Source: Eledone cirrhosa (taxonomy: Eukaryota). From it: 64,000 bases of DNA. The stretch lies in assembly GCA_964016885.1 (NCBI GenBank), contig OZ024742.1, positions 85,064,001 to 85,128,000 on the forward strand, read 5' to 3'. Both the position numbers and the translations under genes were made by a program. The notes under the pieces were generated by a model. The model worked only from the letters and a program-made list of their open reading frames with translations, was not told the DNA's origin and searched no databases. Positions 53,401 through 64,000 of this stretch are shown here, piece after piece (the first letter of the stretch is position 1; each line of letters opens with the position of its first letter).

Positions 53401-54587
53401 AAAATAAGTTGTATAAAAGAAAAGAAAGTGAGATACTATATTAACAATGAGGGGAATAGTATATCGTAGGAGAGTAAAGTAGTGGTTCATTAATGAGAAT
53501 GCAATAATCAGAGTAGTGAGGCCCTACAGAAAGTTTATAGTGAAAAACTATCATATTTTTAATGACGGCCTGTAAAAGATGTATTTTATGCAAATACATT
53601 TTTTTAATTTTAGTTACAAAAATGGAAATGTGTTTTAATATTTCTAAATGTAGTAGCTTTTAGTATAACCGGGTTTGTTGATTACTCAACAGCATCACTT
53701 TAATCTATATAATTTCTATCTTTTGATTGTGCAAGTGTTGCATCTTCACACATAAAATGATTCCAGAAAATTCGTCAACGACAGGGGTAAATAAATTCGA
53801 TTTAGGCATGTTTTATCTAATGGAAATGGGATATCTGAGGTGAGTGATAAAGAGATCCTGTTTGTGAAAACTGTTCATACATAAATAAATTCATACTCCT
53901 TATCCTGGTCACGAAAACTTCGTTTTCTTTTGCTTTTCTTTTTGCTATCTATTTAATTATACGTTAATATTATGAATAAGCAGTTACTATATTTACTCAT
54001 TATATGCGTTCATCATACATACAACATTATAAGTTTAAGGCAAAATTAATCTTACTAATACCTGCAGTATGCTAACTATGTTTCTTAAATGGTATATGAC
54101 TATATAAATTCATATATATAAAGAATGATTAATAAAACAGGTAGACATCATAAAAAGGTAATTTATTCCAAGTGTTTACAAATGTTTCATTAGTAGTTAG
54201 ACAGCCTAGTCATGCTATATGCACATTGAAGGTTATTTATTTGCAGATACTCAATTATCAATTGCAGTTTGTACCACCAATTCTTCAAAGCAAATGGCTG
54301 GATTATGGTTTCTTTGTATTTCTTAAAGGGAGTAATTGGGGAAGATAGAGTAGAAGGAAAGGGAGAGAGGGAGAGAGAGAGATATGTAGGGGAAGGAGAA
54401 ATGGGAGAGAGTGGTTTGAAGAATACAGATAGCATAATCTAAATGTTGTGATAGGGGTCCAACAAGTGGTTTTATTATACTGCTTACTCTCAAAGTGACA
54501 ACTTAGCATTGTGTTGATATTATCAAGTTTGGAAATATTTATTGCCACAGAGAGCAGGTTAATAGATGTAGAGAAGGAGGAGATAGA

Positions 54588-54590
<3 letters not shown>

Positions 54591-54662
<72 letters not shown>
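54591..54662. repeat. (GA)n microsatellite
   Basis: Pure AG run. Confidence 0.95.
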
Positions 54663-54667
<5 letters not shown>

Positions 54668-56189
54668 GAGAGAGAGAAAGAGAAGGGGGGTACAGAACAA
54701 GTTAAGAGAAGGGGAAGGAAAGGCGATACACACTGAGTTGATAGTTGTAGTTTGCTGATCGTACTTAAGTATACATTTATTACGATAAGCAAGGTACTGG
54801 TTAGTAGTGGGGGGGGGGGTATAGTTAGGAAGTAGGTATTGAGTGAAATTAGTTAGCGAGAAAGTGGTGTAGTAGTCTCGGGTTCAAATTATCTTAAGTT
54901 ACTTTTATAGTGAGAACACTGATTTACAGTAAGCTGTTAATAATTAGCAATTACATGAATTAAATCAAAAACCTGTAATTAAATTGCCTTTTATTATGCA
55001 TGTCAAAATATTGTCGTATTCTACATCTTCCTTTCCAGTTTGGTGGTTAAATCAGGGAAATTATCATTGAGAAGCTAAATATTCAAGAGTGCATTTATAA
55101 TTCACCGGTCATGCAAGTACCATCAATATTATTTGTAAAATATCCCAAACACAGCAGTATGAAATATTCACAGGAAATATATGGTTTAAATGTTCATCTA
55201 TGTGCACAGACATTCATAACTCAATACGGGGTTCATAAGTAATTATGAGATATTTTAACGACTAAATCACACATTTTCTACGTCATAAATAGAATATTTT
55301 GAATATTTTCCTTCTAGTTAAAATATTGAAAGTAAACCATCTGAACAGAAATGATAGACTAAGTGATAATATGGTCATAAATAACAGCCTGAGTTATCCA
55401 TATAAGTGTTCACTAGTTAAAGATATATTGCCCCTATATTGAACTGGAAAACCATGGAGTCATCTTATTCTAACATGATTAAGAAGTTAATTATATAGCT
55501 ATTTAAAAAATAATTAATATTTTCTTATATAGGCGTTAGAAAAGAATTCCATGTCGGCTGGGTAGTGTTTAATTATATTTAATTAGACCTTCTTTATATT
55601 AATGCCGCGGAGAAGATGATAGACAAAAGGAAACGTTGCCGGATTTAAACATACAACGTAATGACCACAAAAACTTCGCACCGAATAATACAAAGAATTT
55701 TCGTATATCGACAAGGCCAGAAAATGTTGATACCAGTACGTGATTTGAACTTTATGTTAGCAAAGTCCATAGGACGAAACGTCAGGTCGACCGCTTAGGG
55801 ATTGAAACTGAAAATGGAAAATATCAGACAAATATCATAAAGTATTTCATCCAACATTCTACTCATTCTACCTATCCATACTCCTTAAAAATATTAATTA
55901 TACTGACAATTGTTATATTCAACGTGCGCAAATATGCAGAAATATTGTAAGAACGAATAGAAAAAAGTAATATATGTTTACAGTCATTTAGAAAATACTA
56001 CCGAAAAGGAATGATATGTGTTGTACAGATAATTGCAAATCATTGAGACCCAATGTAAATATGCTAAAATTATGAGGTAAATAATATTATCTTCTCTAAT
56101 ATATTCTGTAGGATATACAGGTGCATCTCCATTTTAAAAACCGAGAGAAAGAATTAAAATAACAATAGGGATGCCGAAGAAAATACTTA

Positions 56190-57180
56190 TAATAATAATT
56201 GTTTCTACCTTTGGCACAAGGCCAGCAATTACCCCAATATATTATTGGTACTTTATTTTATCGACCACGTAAAGGTTTAAGGCAAAATTAACCTCGGCGG
56301 GATTTAAAGTCAGATCATAAAGGGCCGTAACACTATGCCACAAAGCATGGCGTCCATCATTCTACCGATACTGCCGATCCACCACTCAATACTTATAATA
56401 ATTGTTTCTACTTTAGGCACAAAGCCATCAATAACCCAGCGCATTACTGGTACTTTATTTTATCGACCCCGTAAGGATGAAAGGCAAAGTCAACCTCAGC
56501 GGGATTTGAACTCAGATCGTAAAGGGACGTAACTATGCTGGAAATAATAATGGTTTCTTATATAGGCACAAGGCCAGCAATTTGGGGGAGAGGGGAAAGT
56601 CGATTAAATCGACCCCAGTGCGTGACTGATACTTTATTTTATCGACCCCGCAAGAATGAAAGTCTAAGCTAACATCGGTGGAATTTAAACTCATAATGTA
56701 AAGGGCCGTAACTCTAGGCCACGAAAGAGGTTGTCCGACGCTCTACCGAATCTGCAAATACACTACCCTAATAATAATAGTAATGATGTTTTATTTAGGC
56801 ACAAGGCTAAACATTTTGGGGGCAGGAGAAAGTCGATTAAATTGACCCTAATGCATACTGGTGCATTATTTAATGACGCCGTAAGGATGAAGGCAAAGTT
56901 AACTTCGGTGACATTTGATCTCATAAGGTAAAGGGTCTTAACTCCATGTTTCGGAGCATGGTTTCGACGCTGTACCGTTGCTGCCAATCCACGCTTTAAT
57001 AATGATAATACTTATTTCTACTTTTGGCACAAGGCCAGCACTTATTTCAGTGCCTTACTGGTACTTTATTTCATCGATCCCGTAAGGGTGAAAGGGAAAG
57101 TTAAACTCGACGGGATTTGAACTCAGACCATAAGGGGCCGTAAATTTCTGCTGCAAAACATGGCGTCAGACCATCTAGCA
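56190..57180 (-). mobile_element. Head-to-tail array of about five tRNA-derived SINEs separated by (AAT)n
   Basis: Minus strand shows an A-box-like TCGGCAGTATCGG, B-box-like GAGTTCAAATCC, a GCCTTTCATCCTTACGGGGTCGATAAAATAAAGTACCAG core and a CCTTGTG-N9-GAAA tail then ATTATT. Older copies near 55510-55870 and 60420-60570. Confidence 0.8.
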
Positions 57181-57227
57181 ATAGGACGCCATGCTTTGCA
57201 GCAAAGAGTTTTAATAATAATAATAAA

Positions 57228-58395
57228 ATAGCAGATGTGGATCACATCTATCTCCCTAGACAAAATGGAGAAAGCGGAATGATCCAGTTAGAGGTTTCAT
57301 GCAGGATATCGACCATTGGACTCAATTAGTACCATAAAACCACAGATGACTGGATTATGAAAATGGTCAAAGTCCACGAAGGTAGGAAGAGATTACATTC
57401 AGTCACAAAGGAAAGTAGGACGTTTGCAGAAAAACCCGGAATACAGTTTGAAAATAAGAATGCCTCTGCAATTAAAGCCGCAAAGTATGTTAGTGTTGGC
57501 AAACTATGAAGGCCTACAGTGACTCTTCACTAAATGCGAGTAAAAGTCACTGCATAGGCAGTATGTTCTCCTCAGCAAAAAACATGATGTAGATCTAACT
57601 CTCACCCGTCACTGGATGCGGAGTTCTGGGCTAAAGACAGATAGTGAACGCTTTATTTTGGTTGCACAAGACAAATGTCTCCCAACGAGCCAATGTGGTC
57701 AGAAATGGAGCTAACCAAAAGTGTGGATTCTGTGATTTCAGACTATAGACCACCTGGTTTCAGGCTTCAAGGTAGTAGCTGTCCAGGAATATGAAACGAG
57801 GAATAATAGAGTGGAGCAATACTTCCACTTGGTAATGTGCAGGTTTTATAGTCTGGAAATGGAGGGAAAACTGTACAATCATCACCCAGAGGGCGAGACC
57901 GCAACAATCCTCTGGGATTTCTCTTTGAATACTGACAGCTGACAGCACAATCAAGGCCAACAAATCTGATATAATTGTGAAGAACCACAACGAAAAAAAA
58001 AAAAGAACATGTTTCGAAAGAGTTCGGACAGCTCAGTAAGTATACAGATTGAAGTTCAGAAAATGTGGTATCTTAAGGTCTGTAAAATACCAATGAATGT
58101 CGGCACACTTGGAATGATAAAAAGGGTACGAAAAAATATTGTGAACGGAAATATGGAAAGCCATCGCTGCAAGGTATGCAGAAAATTGTGCTGACTGATA
58201 CTGCCTATGGCCTAAGAAGGGCATTATCAATTAAAAATCTTTGCAAGGGCATTCAATGTTGTTTGTTCCCTTGTGGAACCATCTGTATGAAAATGGATTC
58301 TAAAATGTATGTATTATAAAATTTTGCCTCAGCTGCCAGGTGGACTTTCGGCATGATTTGGAAAGAAGCAAAATTCCAAATAAGTTTCAAATCAT
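57228..58395 (+). mobile_element. Decayed R4/Dong 3' portion
   Basis: HIYLPRQNGESGMIQLE, HWMRSSGLKTDSERFILVAQDKCLPT and TILWDFSL; (AAT)n on both sides. Confidence 0.75.
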
Positions 58396-58399
58396 CATA

Positions 58400-58615
58400 A
58401 TAATAATGGTTTCTGATTTAGGCACAATACCAGCAATTTTGTGGAGGGGGTAAGTCAGTTAAATCTACCCTAGTCCGTGACTAGTATTTTATTTTATCGA
58501 CCTTGTAAGGATGAAAAGCAAAGCTAACCTAGGCGGGATTTGAACTCAGGACGTAAAGGGCCATAACTCAATGTCACTAAGCATGTTGGCTGATGCTCTA
58601 CCGATTCTGCCAAAC
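58400..58615 (-). mobile_element. tRNA-derived SINE, full-length copy
   Basis: Same family as the 56190-57180 array, joined to the Dong (TAA)n tail. Confidence 0.8.
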
Positions 58616-61190
58616 CAATAATGGTTTCATTGCATTATTGATGTTGTTGAAGTAACCTCAGTACCTACGTTTATGTAGGGCAAATTAATATTCCCCAGTG
58701 TCAATGAGTGGCTGTGTTAGCAAGTATGTCTATTTCACTGATAGTTTTCTGTTCAACCTTGTTTACAGCTGTGTTTATGATACCTCAAGATGTCAACACG
58801 TGAACACTGAAATAGTGTATTTCATTTGTCTGCATGTATCTTGCACAGACCTAGCATAATATATTTCTTTGTTTTTAGAATCTGTTACCAACTAGCAATA
58901 CCTTTCAGTTTCATTGTTATTCAGGATTTCTGAAAGTTATCCAAAATCTTAAGTTGAACCTCATCCAGATCAGACCAGCCAAATGATTCACATTATCTCC
59001 CAGATTTTCACTAGAACGAGAGCGGCCTTTCCCTCCGCTTGTTCTCTAAAGAATGCTAAGCCAAACATACCGCTGTGCATATTTCCAGAATTAGAGAAGG
59101 CTATGAGCACCTGAAAATATTTACTTATGTCAAAAGCACAGTCTCTTTGTATGATTGATCCATTACTCTAGTTTAGAGAAACGAATAAGTATGCGAATGT
59201 TCATCATATATTTTTGTGTCCTGGAAATGTTGATGTAAAATCTCCAAGGTATATATTCAAATCATCAGCCACTGCTACGCAATCATCAACACATGGAGTT
59301 TGGAATGGGATTGATGTTTGACCAAAAGCTCAGTCTTTTACAAACGAGATAATGAATTAGCCTCTAAACAGTTAAAACAGATTACAGATATGACAATCTG
59401 AAGGTAATATATAATGGTATTTTATGCTGCTATACGTGTTTATCGTTTCAGGTGATGTTGCTTTTGCTTGTGAATGGTGGTGGTACATGATGTAGCTTCT
59501 CGACATTGGTTTTAAGCAGCAGCCAATAATAAATGTTACATGTCAGTTAATCTATATAATGAATTTTAATAATTATTTACCGATGTGCGTGTTTCACCGT
59601 TTTCAGGAAATACCTAAGTAACCTTTAATCCTTCCTTTCTTAAAATATCCGTAGCTTCTCATATTTGTTTTGTTTTTTGGTATTTAAGTGTATTCCGTGT
59701 TACTCCTTCTCACAAAGCAATATGTGAATCAATGATGGACATTAGTTGCCTGGCCGAAATTGAGGTAAACAATTGTTGCTGGTTTTGTAATAGCATTTAT
59801 TCCTGATACAAGGTGTGTTGTCTTTCTTACAGCCCCGTTTAGATGTGGCGTTAATTGAGTGAGAGCTTTGGTATCATGTACAACCACTCTTGTTATTTAT
59901 CTTGATCACTTTCCATTTCTCGTCAGCTAGCAAAATCTCCACTTCGTTGGTTGTTTTTGGCTTTATTTGAGATCGGGAATATAAACTAATGCAATTAACT
60001 CGTAGAAATAACATTGTATCAATTCCTGGGGCGATAAACGTTTTATCTCCGAATAAAATAAATGAAACGTGTGATGTTCGATGGTCAAATTGGTTCATGT
60101 ATGATAGAGTTTATTAGATAAATATAATTCAAACACATGTACGAGACCGATGATGTTTGTTAGCATAGCCAATTTTAATTGGTTAATTGGAGTTCAGAAA
60201 TTGATAGCCACGTATATCAACAGAATGAAATAAAGAGTATTCTGTTTTAAATATAGAAATACAATTAATTGTGCAACATTAAGTTGAAATCTAGCAGCTA
60301 TACATAAATGCCACATATATAATCGTTGAATCAAATAAACCGCGCGTCGAGAATTGAACGGAGATAAAAGAACAGGGATAATGGGAAATAGCTTGGTATT
60401 GCTGAAGGTCAATTATTCATTCATTCCCCATATTACTTTTAAGCAAATAGGTGGATATGGCAGAATGGCAAGAGCTCTGGAGAAAATGTGATTGCGATAT
60501 TTGTTCTGAACTTTTACGGTGAGTGTTCAATACTCCGACGTCAAATTTGCATTTTTTCCTTCCTAAGTAAATAATTGTTTTTTTTTTTTTGGGGGGGGGG
60601 GGGGTCCCTTAAATTTTATTCATTTATTATAAGGTTTATAATCTATTTCTTAGTAAGTAAATACAGTTTAATAGAAAAAGAAAAAATAGATTCAGAAGAA
60701 TGAAATGTAAAATAATAAAAAAGAGATTAAGAACAAAAAAACAAAAATGGGAGGGAATGCCAAGGACTCTATATCACAAAAGAATATTTATTATATTTAT
60801 ACATATTGTATAAAGCTATGCTTGAAGCCAAACCCTATTTCTTTCTTATTTAAGTTGAGCCAACTTATGCAGCTTCATATGCAAATTAGATTAATCACCT
60901 CATTTACACAGACAAGAAAACTATATATTCTCGCCTGTCTTCTAGTCCAGCAGTCGCAATCGGTGGGAGGGACCGTCCTGGCGATGGCCAGTTAAGCCTG
61001 AAATTCAGAGACGGTTGTCCCCCTTGCTTCTGCTGGACATCACCAGAGGGCGTCAGTAAGACCCCCCCCCCCCCCCTCCCGGTGTTTGCATAGCTATAGC
61101 TACGGCTTCCTAAAACCGTATTTATTTGGAGATACGAAATATTTATGCATATTGTATGAAGCTATGCTTGAAGCGAAATCCTATTTCTTT

Positions 61191-61223
<33 letters not shown>

Positions 61224-61225
<2 letters not shown>

Positions 61226-61321
61226 AATAATGAGAGGTATACAAATATATGTGTATACATACATATACGTATACATACATATGTATGTATAGACATATAT
61301 TTGTATACCTCTCATTATTGT
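61224..61321. repeat. Near-perfect ~100-bp palindrome
   Basis: ACAATAATGAGAGGTATACAAATATATGT...ACATATATTTGTATACCTCTCATTATTGT. Confidence 0.85.
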
Positions 61322-61720
61322 CTCTAACTCCCTCACGGTAGAGTAACTACGGAAGTATAGTGACTGCTTTCAAGCAAACACTATATACACTTCTAGTCAA
61401 CCTTACCACCCTTCTGTAGCCTATGTATCATATCAATATCTCCCTCCACCTTCTGAGATATTTTCACTGCTACAAGGGATTAATCCCCTTTCCTGACGGT
61501 GTATCACGTGATAGAGTCTCCCTCCGCCTTTCTGAGATTTTCTCGCATGCTACGGACGTATGTAGTAAGGGCTCTTCCCCGAGGGGCTCTCTTAATTAGC
61601 TGGCTTACCTCACAACAATGTTACATATCTATGATATAACATTTTTGCATAGTGACCAGCGAAACTGTACAGTCGGGACTAAAGACAAAATTGGTATTGT
61701 ATCTATTATTCCTTTTTATA

Positions 61721-61762
<42 letters not shown>

Positions 61763-62087
61763 ATTATGTAATAAACAACATAAGACAATTATTCCATTTC
61801 CCAAATGTTTCACGAAACAGACGAGCTCAACAGAGACGTCTGAAATCGCTCATCATCATTAATATGGACATAAAATTTGAATTTAGAAACAAAGGCTATT
61901 ACAATTGAAAGCGAGGCTGAAATATAATAAAACAAAGATAAACACATATAAAAATAATGCAGTTTTTATACGCATATATGTGCACGGATAATTATGTATA
62001 TGTTTTGTCTAATTAATTTATCTGTATTCTATTCCGATATTATAAATGTGTGTGTATGTAAGTATTATTTTTTTTATATGTATGTGG

Positions 62088-62130
<43 letters not shown>

Positions 62131-62165
62131 GTGTATGTATGTGTATTTATATATATATATATGTA

Positions 62166-62249
<84 letters not shown>

Positions 62250-62271
62250 GTTTATATATATGTGTATGTAT

Positions 62272-62306
<35 letters not shown>

Positions 62307-62677
62307 AATATATATATACATATGTGTGTGCGTGTATGTTTGTATGTATGTATGTACGTGTGTGTGTATATATATATACATATATATGCACATGTACATA
62401 GACATAGATACATATATGTGTGTGTATTTTTATATCCATTTACATTATTTCATGTAATTTTATGTATTTTTGTACATCATTGTGTTTATCTACGAGTTGC
62501 GGTTGTGCGCATGCGAGTGTTTTTATTTATACCATACTATTTTGTAATTGGTTTGTTACTTTTTCGGCTGTCCGGTCAGATGCATACATATATTAAATCA
62601 ATAACATGAAATGCGCTTATGTTTGTATCTATGTATACCCACGCTTCTATATATGTGTGTATATATATGTTTGTATG

Positions 62678-62809
<132 letters not shown>

Positions 62810-62851
62810 AGAGGGGAGGCTGGACTGGTGCAAATCCTTGGAAGGTTTATT

Positions 62852-62909
62852 ATGCTATGATCATTTCAATGACCGGGTTCAGTATGAATCCGGTGATATC
62901 ATCAGGTAT
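62852..62909 (-). ncRNA. Type I hammerhead ribozyme with a long stem II
   Basis: ATAC-CTGATGA-tATCACCGG attca tac tgaac CCGGTCATt-GAAA-TGATCA-TA-GCAT with palindromic TGATCA; one mismatch in stem I. Confidence 0.62.
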
Positions 62910-63174
62910 TCGAAATATAACAAAGGAATATAACAGATAAAATACATGGGGCTGAAAATCAATGGGGCTGATAATCAGAGGCAAGAGGACGACCGACTAT
63001 TTAGCAGCTTCTACCTCAGTCGGCTGCGCATTATAATAATTACCTCCGTACTCACACCACCAACTACACAAACGAAGATGGGTGAGTTGCATTACGTTGA
63101 GTACTCTCCATAATATTACATCGAGATTGACCATATGGAATGACCAGTTCTATCCAGTGGTGAACAAACTAACC

Positions 63175-63270
<96 letters not shown>

Positions 63271-64000
63271 TAAACAAATAATGAATAAACAATTCCTTAT
63301 ATTAAACAAAAAAAGTTCATTATTTAACGATCGTTTCTAGGATATATATGTGTTAGAGTTGGCATGCATATTCAACAGATCTATGTACAAAATTATACAA
63401 AATTATACAAACTATCAAGATTAAATATACATACCAACACATATATACGCCGTCTTCAGAAATAATGAAATATATTTATTGATAATAACAACAATTCAAA
63501 CTTTCAGGTCCGTTTGGGAACAAAATTGACCAATGAAAATACAAAAGGTTTAATGCAGTTCGGTGTGTGTATATACATGTAACAACCCTTACACATATTT
63601 TACAAAAATGTATGCACAACCTGTATACGCATCCAAAAAGGATGGATGCAAATACAAAATTTCAAGGTTAATGTCTCTGTAAGTTTATAATGCACAGATA
63701 AGATGCGTATAGATACATAAATATGAAATAAGTGTATACACATATTTTCATACTAACACATATCCGTACAATCACACATACACGCGCGTATATGCATAAA
63801 CATACACATAAACTACGAACATACAAACACACACACACCCCCACTCACATATATATATATGTGGATATAAAATCCTAAGCACATGGATATTAATTTACTC
63901 ACATAAACACTGGCACACACATTTAGATAAAGATACAGAAATTAGGTGGGAGGGGGGGGGGAGAGGTCAGTATTCAACGGTTTGGGCTGACTGCTTAATA

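Overview
AT-rich, microsatellite-laden animal DNA with no recognisable host gene. The repeat content resembles octopus/cephalopod genomes, which is an inference from the repeat families. The window is a retroelement graveyard organised around simple repeats. (1) An (ATT)n/(TAA)n hub at ~6.9-21.8 kb holds one near-intact Tx1-type (L1 clade) non-LTR retrotransposon (ORF1 14123-16138, ORF2 APE-RT-Zn 16174-19593), a second Tx1 copy with a different 5'UTR/ORF1 but near-identical ORF2, and five R4/Dong-type (RT + RLE) pieces in the opposite orientation. (2) A (TA)n zone at ~21.8-41 kb is packed with Penelope-like elements (RT + GIY-YIG, pseudo-LTRs, inverted ends), non-autonomous RTE derivatives and several minimal hammerhead ribozymes. 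(3) A tandem tRNA-SINE array plus another Dong remnant sits at 56-58.6 kb. Most notable: the SINE 3' tail matches the Tx1 3' end (candidate (TTA)n-targeting Tx1/SINE pair); a G-U-containing long-range duplex brackets Tx1 ORF2 from the ORF1 stop to the ORF2 stop; hammerhead-like motifs carry a variant CAGUNGA core; and two different Penelopes sit at the same site of a duplicated segment. All alignments and folds were done by eye.
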